The notes under the pieces were generated by a model. It was not told the origin of the DNA and did no database searches. It was given only the letters and a program-made list of their open reading frames with translations. The position numbers and the translations under genes are program-made. DNA of 64,000 bases from an uncultured bacterium (GTDB taxonomy: Bacteria; Bacteroidota; Ignavibacteria; OLB7). Position 1 is the stretch's first letter. Every line of letters starts with the position of its first letter. The stretch lies in assembly GCA_966250335.1 (NCBI GenBank), contig CBINGZ010000019.1, positions 13,767 to 77,766 on the forward strand, written 5' to 3'. Below, piece by piece: positions 50,896 through 59,481 of the stretch.

Positions 50896-51579
50896 TCACA
50901 ACCCGATTGTATTCCCCACGATCCGTATGATCATGATATAAGCGTTTCCCCATCCGTCCTCGCGCAGGAAGTCGGCGTCGGTGTCGGGATTTCCAATGAA
51001 CGGTCTGAGGACCCACCCCATCTGGATGCCGACGAACGCATAGGAGATGATCCAGACCTTGAGCAGGTTCCGATGTCTCGGATTGCGTGCGATAAGAGGT
51101 CTGTAATGCCGCCGGATCGCCGCCTGCGCCGCGATGCTGGCCGCGGAGAACATCGCAGCGTTCACCAGCACGCCGTCCAGGTAGCCGGGGCTTGAGGCGT
51201 ACCAGAAGAGGGTCAGGGGGGCAAGGGTCAGCAGCATGGCGGCCATGCTCGTCTGTGCTGCGGCCACGGCGCGGCAGGCTGCTCCGAAGTCGGAGGCGAG
51301 CCCCGCCAGCGCGTTGAAGACGAAGAAGCTCGGCAGGCTCAGAAAGAAGGTGATCGTCAGCAGGAACGGCGCCTTGACGGCGGAGAAGAGGACCTGGGTC
51401 CACTGTCCGCCGTCGAAGGGGTTCGTCCACAGGCCGTGGCTTCCCATGCATCCGCCGTAGATCATGAGCGCGAGCACGGCCGCCGTTCCCTGTCGCCACA
51501 GGCTTCCCGCGCTCTCGCCGCGCAGCAGTCGATCGAACCGGCCGGCGAAGCGGTCGATCGGTGGGCTCTGGATGTTCAT
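50896..51579 (-). CDS. hypothetical polytopic membrane protein (paralog A)
   Basis: DRLLRG N-terminal motif, 5 TM helices, C-terminal W..RPFIGNPD motif. Confidence 0.65.
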   Translation of the reverse strand: MNIQSPPIDRFAGRFDRLLRGESAGSLWRQGTAAVLALMIYGGCMGSHGLWTNPFDGGQWTQVLFSAVKAPFLLTITFFLSLPSFFVFNALAGLASDFGAACRAVAAAQTSMAAMLLTLAPLTLFWYASSPGYLDGVLVNAAMFSAASIAAQAAIRRHYRPLIARNPRHRNLLKVWIISYAFVGIQMGWVLRPFIGNPDTDADFLREDGWGNAYIMIIRIVGNTIGL

Positions 51580-51603
51580 GCGGAATCGTATCGTTGAGTG
51601 ATC

Positions 51604-52488
51604 TTACGACATCAGCATCAGGAACGCCTTCCACACAGCCTCGAAGAAGCTCGACTCCCGTCCGTGGTACCACATGAACGGCCGGTCCGGGTCGCCGACG
51701 AAGGGGCTCATCACCCAGCTCAACTGCGCTCCCACCAGACCGAAGACCACGACCCATGTCCTGAAGATCCGTCGCACCTTGGGGTCGGTCGGTTTCTTCG
51801 ATCTGCGGTCGAGAGGGCCGGGGCGGATCGCCCTCTTCGCCAGCACGAGCTGCGCGATATCGGCGTCGGTCGCGGTCGTCGTGGCTGCCGTGGTCGAACC
51901 GTTGGAGAGAGGCTCGGCGACATGCTCACCGTTATCTCCCGTTACGATCTCTTCCTCGTTCTCTTCATCTCCCGTTCCCTCCTTCGCCGCCTGATGGATC
52001 CGTTCCAGAGTCCTCAGAAGAAACCGGAGTCCCAGAACACCGGCGATCGTGAAGATCGCCACGTTCAGCATCAGCATGAAGGGGTAGCTGTCGGTGCTCA
52101 GCGAGAAGAACGCGGTGATCGGTCCCAGCGAAGCGAGCACCGCCGTCATCACGACGAGCGTGGCGATCAGCAGCCGCCAGACGGCCTGGATCGAAAGGGG
52201 GGAGCCGACCAGGGCATTGAACGCATAGAGCGACGGGAAGGTGATCGTGAGGGTCAGCAGGAAAAGGGTCGGGACCTTGACCATGGTGACGAAGACGCGG
52301 GCGAACGGCATGTCTCCTCCCCCGGTCAGCGTGTAGGTCGTCATGCAGATCCCGTAGATCGCCCCCATCAGCGCGATGGCGATGATCGATTCCCTGACCG
52401 GCAGGGCCACCGACCCGTATCGGAGCGCGGACAACTGTGTGGCGTCCCCTCGAAGGAGCCTGTCGATGTGCTTGATCTGTCGCAGCAT
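51604..52488 (-). CDS. hypothetical polytopic membrane protein (paralog B, with acidic/Thr-rich insertion)
   Basis: Same DRLLRG ... FNAL ... SPFVGDPDRPF architecture as 50896..51579. Confidence 0.65.
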   Translation of the reverse strand: MLRQIKHIDRLLRGDATQLSALRYGSVALPVRESIIAIALMGAIYGICMTTYTLTGGGDMPFARVFVTMVKVPTLFLLTLTITFPSLYAFNALVGSPLSIQAVWRLLIATLVVMTAVLASLGPITAFFSLSTDSYPFMLMLNVAIFTIAGVLGLRFLLRTLERIHQAAKEGTGDEENEEEIVTGDNGEHVAEPLSNGSTTAATTTATDADIAQLVLAKRAIRPGPLDRRSKKPTDPKVRRIFRTWVVVFGLVGAQLSWVMSPFVGDPDRPFMWYHGRESSFFEAVWKAFLMLMS

Positions 52489-52779
52489 GATGAATCGGTT
52501 CGTATTGGTTGAGCCTGTCCGACCCGTTCTGCGCAAAGGCGCGGCGGAGCGCCGTGCGGGGCCGGTGTTCACGCTGCAAGGTTAACCAGGGGGCGTCCGT
52601 CGATACGAGCACACGCACGTGGTTTCTGGAGCACTCGGGTGCTTGGGGGAAGGGGGAGTGAGGGTGTCTGCCGAATCAGCGGCAAAGACGTACTTTTGTC
52701 GCTGCCGTGGAGCATGGCGACAGGTTGAGCCGGGCCCGCGCATAAGCGGAGCCGCTGGCGCTTCGAGCCGAACTTCGTC

Positions 52780-54663
52780 GTGTTCCGGAAGGTTGATAGG
52801 TTGTCGTCTACCCGTCATGACATCACAGGGAGATACGTGAACAGTCGGAGCGCGCTGGAAGGGGCGTTGATCAGGCATCTTGCGCGTCTGGAACGGCGCA
52901 TCATTCGTCTGCAGGAGAGAAGTCGTCGATTCTCGTGGGGGCGTCTGGCGATCGCGCTTGTCGGTGTGGCCGCGGCGATCCCCGCCCTGAGGGTGGACGA
53001 TCTCCTCGGCTGGATCGTGATAGGATTCTTTACGGCCCTCTTCGCCGTCACCGCCCATTTCCACAGCAGGCTGGAACAGGGGCTCCGCCGCCACAGGTTC
53101 TGGCTGCGGATCAAGGCGGGGCATCTGGCCAGGATGCGGCACGACTGGCACGGTATCCCGCTTGCCCATGCGGGGGAGCCGATCCCCGATCACCCCTTCG
53201 AGAACGATCTCAACATCACCGGCCCGCGATCGCTCGTTCATCTGCTCGATACATCGATCTCCGAGGGAGGGAGCCGGCGTCTCCGCTCATGGCTGCTGGA
53301 GGTCAGTCCCGATATCGCCGCGGTGCGGCTCCGTCAGGAGCTTGTGCGAGAGCTGACGCCGCTCGACAGCTTCCGCGACCGCCTGACGCTTGCCGGCGCG
53401 CTGGTGGCAAGAAAGCAGGGGGAGCTCTGGGACGGCGACCGCGTCGTGGAATGGCTCGACTCGAACCCTCCCGTGAAATCGATGCGGGGTTACGTCGTCG
53501 TGCTTGCCGTGATGGGGCTGCTCAACGTGGGGCTGGCTATCCTCCCGGCGCTGACCGATTTCCCGACGATCTGGCCCTATACCCTTCTCCTCTACGCGGC
53601 CCTCTATCTTCACAAGAGAAAGGAGTTCGAGGAACTCTTCGAGGCTGCGGTCGAGCTGGAAGGGCTGCTCCATCAGCTCAGGGCGATCCTTCTCCATATC
53701 GAGACGTTCGACTACCGGAGAACGGCGGGGCTGGCTGAACTCTGCCGTCCGTTCACGGGGGAGGGGAAGCGACCGTCGGCGCTGCTCCGCGCGGTTTCCA
53801 GGGTGGCGACCGCCGCCAGTTTCCAGCACAACCCGCTGGCCCGCCTGCTGCTGAATATCGTGATGCCGTGGGATCTCCATTTCGCCGAGCGCTTCAACCA
53901 GGCGAAGGAGGCGATCCGCGACCGCATGCCGGTCTGGCTCGACCGCTGGTACGAGCTGGAGGCGCTCTCCTCTCTGGCGAACTTCGCGGCGCTCAACCCC
54001 CGGTTCGTCATGCCCGATATTCTGGACGCCGCCGAGCCGGTCTTCGTCGTCGAGTCGGTGGGGCACCCGCTTTTGTCGGATGATCTTCGTGTCTGCAACG
54101 ATTATACGATGGAAGGTCTGGGGCAACTTTCTATCGTGACGGGATCGAACATGTCGGGCAAGAGCACGTTCCTGCGGACGCTCGGCGTCAACCTGTCGCT
54201 GGCGTTCGCCGGCGGGCCGGTCTGCGCCGGGCGCTTCACGACGATTCCGTTCCGACTCTTCACCTGCATCAACGTGCTCGATTCCGTCAACGACGGCATC
54301 TCCTATTTCTACGCGGAGGTCCGTCGTCTGAAGGCGCTGCTGACGGCCCTGCAGAGCGACAAGGGAGATCCACTCTTCTTTCTGATCGATGAGATATTTC
54401 GCGGCACGAACAATCGCGAGCGGCTGACCGGAAGCCGCGCCTACGTCCGCGCGCTCGCCGGGGGACGCGGAGTGGGGCTTATCTCGACGCACGATCTTGA
54501 ACTGGTCCATCTTGCCGAGGAGCTTCCCGGCATACGCAACCATCATTTCCGGGAGGATGTGGCCGACGGCAGGATGATCTTCGACTACCGTCTGCATGAG
54601 GGGCCCAGCCCGACGACCAACGCGCTGGAGATCATGAAAATGGAAGGGCTTCCGGTGGAATAA
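52780..54663 (+). CDS. MutS-family paralog lacking mismatch-binding domain I; N-terminal TM segments, MutS core (III/IV-like) and ABC ATPase domain V
   Basis: TM helices at ~55-95 and ~230-270. MutS_III-like block (DLNITGPRSLVHLLDTSISEGGSRRLRSWL). Walker A GSNMSGKSTFLRTLG, Walker B/sensor FFLIDEIFRGTNNRER, STHDLEL. Confidence 0.85.
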   Translation: MFRKVDRLSSTRHDITGRYVNSRSALEGALIRHLARLERRIIRLQERSRRFSWGRLAIALVGVAAAIPALRVDDLLGWIVIGFFTALFAVTAHFHSRLEQGLRRHRFWLRIKAGHLARMRHDWHGIPLAHAGEPIPDHPFENDLNITGPRSLVHLLDTSISEGGSRRLRSWLLEVSPDIAAVRLRQELVRELTPLDSFRDRLTLAGALVARKQGELWDGDRVVEWLDSNPPVKSMRGYVVVLAVMGLLNVGLAILPALTDFPTIWPYTLLLYAALYLHKRKEFEELFEAAVELEGLLHQLRAILLHIETFDYRRTAGLAELCRPFTGEGKRPSALLRAVSRVATAASFQHNPLARLLLNIVMPWDLHFAERFNQAKEAIRDRMPVWLDRWYELEALSSLANFAALNPRFVMPDILDAAEPVFVVESVGHPLLSDDLRVCNDYTMEGLGQLSIVTGSNMSGKSTFLRTLGVNLSLAFAGGPVCAGRFTTIPFRLFTCINVLDSVNDGISYFYAEVRRLKALLTALQSDKGDPLFFLIDEIFRGTNNRERLTGSRAYVRALAGGRGVGLISTHDLELVHLAEELPGIRNHHFREDVADGRMIFDYRLHEGPSPTTNALEIMKMEGLPVE

Positions 54664-54700
54664 GAGATCGCCGTCGCCCGGCCGAATCGAACACGATACG

Positions 54701-55939
54701 ATGCGAACGATCCGACTCAAGGAATATCAATCCACGATCATTCCACGCAACGATCTCTCCGAGGCCGAGGCGGAGGAACTCTATCGTCTCTACGGCCGGT
54801 GGGTCGAGATCGACTTCCCCTCCCCCGCGACGCGGTGGGACTGGAGGCTCAACTCGTCGGGGTGGGTCGGGACGATTCCCCTCTCCTCCGGGCTCCGTCT
54901 GATCCTTGAACCGAGAACACCCGTCACGAACATCTTCCGGATGCTCGAATGGGCCTACGATCTGGAGAGCTTCCATATCCTGAAGGGGGTGACGGAGGTG
55001 GCCTCGCTGGAGGATGTCTACCGTCGACTGGCGGTCATCCTGGCGAAGCGGGTGCTGGAACGTGGGAGGAAGGGGCTCTACAGAGCGTATGTGCCGGAGG
55101 AGGAGCGGAGCAGCTACGTGCGCGGATCGATCGATCTTTCCCGATCGCTGCGCGAGCCGTGGCGGGCCGATCTTCACTGCCGCTACCAGGAACATACCTC
55201 GGATGTGATCGAGAACCAGATCCTCGCCTCCACACTCCATGCCGTCGCGCGCCGGGGGATCTGCTGTCCCGATTCGCTCGGAAGCGTCCGCGCCGCCTAT
55301 CGCTCGCTCCACGGCCTTGCCGGTGTCCGGAGGATGAGCCCGTCGGACTGTATCGGACTCCTCTACAATCGTCTGAACGAGGACTACAGGCCGCTCCATG
55401 CGCTCTGCCGTTTCTTCCTGGAACATGCGGGCCCGAGCCATGAGTCGGGCGACCGGACGATGCTCCCCTTCCTCGTCAACATGGCGCGGCTCTACGAGCT
55501 CTTCGTCGCGAAATGGACCGCGGCGCATCTCCCGCAGGAATATCGTGTTACAGCTCAGGAGTCGGTCCTCGTCGATCCGGAGGGGACGCTCCGGATCAAT
55601 ATCGATCTTGTGCTGACCCACGGCGAGGAGCGGACGCCGACCGCCGTGCTCGACACGAAGTACAAGGTCGGAGGAGCGCGGGCGGCCGATCTGAGCCAGG
55701 TGGTCTCGTACGCCGTGGCGAAGAACTGTCGTCGTGCGATACTGATCTATCCCGTCATGCCCGATATCCCGGTCAGCACCCGCTACGGCGCGGGAGACGT
55801 CCATGTGCAGACGCTCGCCTTCGGTATCGAGGGGGATCTCGACGCGGCGGGGAGACGATTTCTTGCATCGCTTCTCGATAACGACCCGGGGCGTGTCGGC
55901 GCCTCCGGGGAAGCGACCATATCATCCGGCTCCCAATGA
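54701..55939 (+). CDS. McrC-family PD-(D/E)xK nuclease homolog (no adjacent McrB GTPase)
   Basis: N-terminal McrC-like block (SGWVGTIPL...LRLILEPR). Nuclease core MARLYELFV...INIDLVL...LDTKYKV...QVVSY, matching McrC's MxxLFExFV / PD / (D/E)xK signature. The gene is 37 bp downstream of the MutS paralog. Confidence 0.7.
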   Translation: MRTIRLKEYQSTIIPRNDLSEAEAEELYRLYGRWVEIDFPSPATRWDWRLNSSGWVGTIPLSSGLRLILEPRTPVTNIFRMLEWAYDLESFHILKGVTEVASLEDVYRRLAVILAKRVLERGRKGLYRAYVPEEERSSYVRGSIDLSRSLREPWRADLHCRYQEHTSDVIENQILASTLHAVARRGICCPDSLGSVRAAYRSLHGLAGVRRMSPSDCIGLLYNRLNEDYRPLHALCRFFLEHAGPSHESGDRTMLPFLVNMARLYELFVAKWTAAHLPQEYRVTAQESVLVDPEGTLRINIDLVLTHGEERTPTAVLDTKYKVGGARAADLSQVVSYAVAKNCRRAILIYPVMPDIPVSTRYGAGDVHVQTLAFGIEGDLDAAGRRFLASLLDNDPGRVGASGEATISSGSQ

Positions 55940-56604
55940 ATCGAAAAGAGATAGAAATGCTCGCCGGAGAGATCCGGGGTCGTGTCGACACGCTCCCGGA
56001 GCATACGACCGAGAAGATCCGCGATCTTCGCAGGGAGTTCTCCCGGCGGTTGAAAGGCCTCGACGCCGAAGAGATGATCGCTCTTGCCGACAGGCTGATC
56101 GATCTCGGCCGCTTCGATCTCCGGTTCGTCGGCTACGAGCTCGTGTCGCACCACAGGGAGGCTGCCGCCGCTCTCGACGCCGACCATCTGGAGCGGCTCG
56201 GGCGCGGGATGGCGAGCTGGCAGGAGGTCGACACCTTCAGCCCCTATCTCTCCGGTCCGGCCTGGCGGAAGGGACAGATCCCGACCTCGCTGATCGAATC
56301 GTGGGCGCGTTCCGACGACCGCTGGTGGAGACGCGCCGCCGTCGTCAGCACGGTCCCCCTCAACAACAGGGCCCGCGGCGGGAGCGGGGACGCATCCCGC
56401 ACGCTTCACATCTGCGCCATGCTGATCGACGACAGGGACGATATGGTGGTCAAGGCGATCTCATGGGCGCTGCGGGAGCTTGCCAAGCGTGACCCGGAGT
56501 CGGTGAGGGGGTTCATGGAGGAGCATCGCGACCGGGCGGCTTCACGCGTGATCCGCGAGGTCCGCAACAAGCTTGAGACGGGATTGAAGACGCCGAGGAG
56601 ATAA
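55936..56604 (+). CDS. AlkD-like HEAT-repeat DNA alkylation repair family protein
   Basis: ATG overlaps the McrC-like stop (ATGA). DNA_alkylation-like helical repeats (WW..AAVVSTVPLN, VKAISWALRELAK). Confidence 0.7.
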   Translation: MNRKEIEMLAGEIRGRVDTLPEHTTEKIRDLRREFSRRLKGLDAEEMIALADRLIDLGRFDLRFVGYELVSHHREAAAALDADHLERLGRGMASWQEVDTFSPYLSGPAWRKGQIPTSLIESWARSDDRWWRRAAVVSTVPLNNRARGGSGDASRTLHICAMLIDDRDDMVVKAISWALRELAKRDPESVRGFMEEHRDRAASRVIREVRNKLETGLKTPRR

Positions 56605-56679
56605 TCTCCCGTCGCGCGCAACCGGGGATCGGATATGTCGTAGCGGCCTGCTTCCCATATCATATCCCTATCAAACCTC

Positions 56680-57474
56680 ATGATTACTCGACACGATATT
56701 CTTCAGGCGCTCCGCTCCGCCATGGAGCCGCTCGACTACGTTCACGCCATGTGGGAAGGAGGGGCCGCCGCGTTCGACCGGGTCGACGAATGGTCCGATA
56801 TCGACCTTCAGTTCGATGTGGACGACGAGAGGGTGGAGGATACCTTCCTTGCCGTGGATGCGGCTCTCGCCGCGCTCTCGCCGATCGATCTCCGCTACCG
56901 TCTCCCCGACCCGACATGGCACGGCCACTCGCAGGTCTTCTACCGTATGGTAGACGCAAGCCCCTTCCTTCTGCTCGATCTGAGCGTCTCCAAACGGAGT
57001 TCGACCGACAAGTTCCTCCAGCGCGAGGTACACGGGAATCCGGTCGTCCATTTCGACAAGTCGGGGGTGATCGTCATGAAGCCGCTCGATGTCGATGGGG
57101 TCGTGGCCCGGCTTCGCGGCCGTGTGGAGACGATGCGGATCACGTTCGAGATGTTCCAGCCGTTCGTCGACAAGGAGCTCAACAGAGGAAACAGCGTGGA
57201 GGCGGTCGCCTTCTACCACGGCTCCACGCTCCGGCCGCTGGTGGAGGCGCTCCGCATCCGATATTGTCCCGCCCGCTCCGGCTTCCACACGCGCTATGTT
57301 CAGTACGATCTTCCGGCCGATGCCGTCACGCGGCTCGAACGGCTCTTCTACGTAACTTCGCCGGACGACCTGCGCCGCGGCCGCGAGGATGCCGACCGCT
57401 GGTTCCGCGAGACGATCGAGGCGATCGACTTCGACGAGGTCGGACGACTTCTGAAGGAAGAGAGCGAACGATGA
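56680..57474 (+). CDS. nucleotidyltransferase-fold protein (aminoglycoside/lincosamide NTase-like)
   Basis: EGGAAAFDRVDEWSDIDLQFDVDD matches the hG[GS]...DhDh Pol-beta NTase signature. The overall size (264 aa) resembles ANT(6)/Lnu-type enzymes. Confidence 0.6.
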   Translation: MITRHDILQALRSAMEPLDYVHAMWEGGAAAFDRVDEWSDIDLQFDVDDERVEDTFLAVDAALAALSPIDLRYRLPDPTWHGHSQVFYRMVDASPFLLLDLSVSKRSSTDKFLQREVHGNPVVHFDKSGVIVMKPLDVDGVVARLRGRVETMRITFEMFQPFVDKELNRGNSVEAVAFYHGSTLRPLVEALRIRYCPARSGFHTRYVQYDLPADAVTRLERLFYVTSPDDLRRGREDADRWFRETIEAIDFDEVGRLLKEESER

Positions 57475-57986
57475 ACTCCGCCGACTACTGGATCGACCGA
57501 CTCGGATTGACCAGGCATCCCGAAGGGGGCTGGTTCCGTGAAACATATCGTGCCGCGGGGTCGATCGAGGCCGACGCGCTGCCGGAACGGTACGGCTCGC
57601 CCCGTTCGTTCTCCACTGCGATCTATTTTCTGCTGAAGGGAGATGAGCGTTCCCATCTGCACAGGCTCGGCTCGGACGAGATCTGGCATTTCCATGCCGG
57701 GAGCGGCGTGACGATCCGTACGATCTCTCCGGAGGGGGAGGCTTGCGATATCCGTCTCGGTTCCGACGCCGAGGCCGGCGAGCGTTTCCAGGCGATCATC
57801 CCCGCCGGGACCTGGTTCGGCGCGACGGTCGACGATCCCGCCTCCTACACGCTGGTGGGGTGTACCGTGGCTCCGGGGTTCGACTTCGGCGATTTCGAGA
57901 TGGGGGATCGCGATACCCTGCTCGACGCCTATCCCCGGCACGCAGATCTCATCATGTCGCTGACGCGCGGAGCCGATCCCGCGTAA
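57471..57986 (+). CDS. DUF985 cupin-fold protein
   Basis: ATG overlaps the upstream stop (ATGA). HPEGGWFRETYR...AIYFLL...WHFHAG...GCTVAPGFDF is the typical DUF985 cupin pattern. Confidence 0.75.
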   Translation: MNSADYWIDRLGLTRHPEGGWFRETYRAAGSIEADALPERYGSPRSFSTAIYFLLKGDERSHLHRLGSDEIWHFHAGSGVTIRTISPEGEACDIRLGSDAEAGERFQAIIPAGTWFGATVDDPASYTLVGCTVAPGFDFGDFEMGDRDTLLDAYPRHADLIMSLTRGADPA

Positions 57987-58019
57987 GCTTACTCTCACAT
58001 TCATCCCAGGGACAGACCG

Positions 58020-58526
58020 ATGGCAGACGTGGAGACCCAGACCCAGGAATATCGCACCGGGCCCGATCGTGCGACGATGACCGCCGCCATACGCGAGCTT
58101 CCGGCGATCACGGAGTCGGCCGTGGCCGGGCTTACCGACGAACAGCTCGACACCAGGTATCGGGAGGGGGGATGGACGCTTCGCCAGGTGGTTCATCATC
58201 TCGCCGATTCGCATCTGAACGCCTTCGTCCGGGTCAAGCTGGCGCTCACCGAGGACCATCCGCGGGTGAAGACGTACGACCAGGATCTCTGGGCCGATCT
58301 CCCCGATTCGAAGCTCCCCGTGGAATCGTCGCTCCAGATTCTCCGCGGTCTGCACGAGCGGTGGACCGTTCTCCTGGAAAGCCTTCCCGCTCCGGCGTTC
58401 GACAGAACCGTATCGCATCCGGATAACGGAGATATGTCGATCGACGATTTTCTGCGGATCTACGCCGACCACGGCCGCAACCATGTGAACCAGATCGTGG
58501 GGCTGAGGGAGTCGAAGGGTTGGTGA
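58020..58526 (+). CDS. DinB/YfiT-like (DinB_2) metal-dependent four-helix-bundle protein
   Basis: Three-His motif positions (HHLADSHLNAF...H...DHGRNH). Confidence 0.8.
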   Translation: MADVETQTQEYRTGPDRATMTAAIRELPAITESAVAGLTDEQLDTRYREGGWTLRQVVHHLADSHLNAFVRVKLALTEDHPRVKTYDQDLWADLPDSKLPVESSLQILRGLHERWTVLLESLPAPAFDRTVSHPDNGDMSIDDFLRIYADHGRNHVNQIVGLRESKGW

Positions 58527-59431
58527 CCCCGGAGGGTCGGGCGGCGGCTCCTTCGGCGATCCGCCTTCCCGACCTTGCGTCCGCGCCGTCGACGATCCTG
58601 GAGTATCTGATCTCCCGGTTCCCGCATATCGGCGAGTCGGTCTGGCGCGGGCGGGTCGCATCGGGAAGCGTGACGGAGGAAAGCGGCAGGCCGATCGACG
58701 AAGGGACGGCATATCGTGCCGGGATAAGAGTCCTCTACTACCGCGAGGTGATCGGGGAACAGTCGATACCGTATCGTGAAGCGATTCTGTTCCGGAACGA
58801 GCATTTCCTGGTCGTCGACAAGCCGCATTTCCTTCCGGTCGTTCCTTCCGGTCCCTACGTGAACGAGTCGCTGGTGGAACGTCTCCGGCGGAGGTTCCCG
58901 GAGGCGACTCCGACGCCGGTCCATCGTCTCGATCGCGAGACGGCCGGGCTGGTGCTGGTGTCTCTCGACGAGCGGACGCGTCCTCTCTATCATGGTCTCT
59001 TCGCATCGGGGATGATCGAGAAGGAATATCTCGCGATATGTCGTGAGGAGCGTCCGGCGCCGGCCTCCAGCTTCACGATCGAGGAACGGATGGAGCCGGG
59101 GGAGCCGTGGTTCAGGATGAAGCTCGTGCCGGGGACGCCGAACTCCCGTACCGACGTCGAGCTGCTGGAGCGGCGCGGCGACCGTCTCCTGCTGAGACTG
59201 CGGCCGGTCACCGGCAGGAAACATCAGATCAGGCTCCATCTCTCCGGCCTTGGACTGCCGATCGTCGGGGATCGTCTCTATCCGGAGGTCTTCCCTCACG
59301 CGCCGTACGACTTCACCGATCCACTCCGGCTTCTGGCTTCGCGTCTCCGCTTCGTCGATCCGGTCTCCGGGGAGGCGATGGAGTTCGCCGCCGGTCCTTC
59401 CGGTGAACCGTTCGCGGGCTCCGCTCTCTGA
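58520..59431 (+). CDS. RluA-family pseudouridine synthase
   Basis: HRLDRETAGLVL catalytic Asp motif. Non-ATG start (TTG/GTG) overlaps the upstream stop. Confidence 0.85.
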   Translation: MVTPEGRAAAPSAIRLPDLASAPSTILEYLISRFPHIGESVWRGRVASGSVTEESGRPIDEGTAYRAGIRVLYYREVIGEQSIPYREAILFRNEHFLVVDKPHFLPVVPSGPYVNESLVERLRRRFPEATPTPVHRLDRETAGLVLVSLDERTRPLYHGLFASGMIEKEYLAICREERPAPASSFTIEERMEPGEPWFRMKLVPGTPNSRTDVELLERRGDRLLLRLRPVTGRKHQIRLHLSGLGLPIVGDRLYPEVFPHAPYDFTDPLRLLASRLRFVDPVSGEAMEFAAGPSGEPFAGSAL

Positions 59432-59481
59432 ACCCGATATATCCTCCGGTCCCGTACGGGCCGTCTCTCCCTGTCATTCTC

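Noticed and set aside
56671-59299. Minus-strand ORFs (56671..57546, 57348..59006, 58460..59299) antisense to the NTase/cupin/DinB/RluA genes
   Set aside because: The plus-strand ORFs carry family motifs (NTase G(G/S)..DxD, cupin, DinB His triad, HRLDRETAG); the minus ORFs do not.
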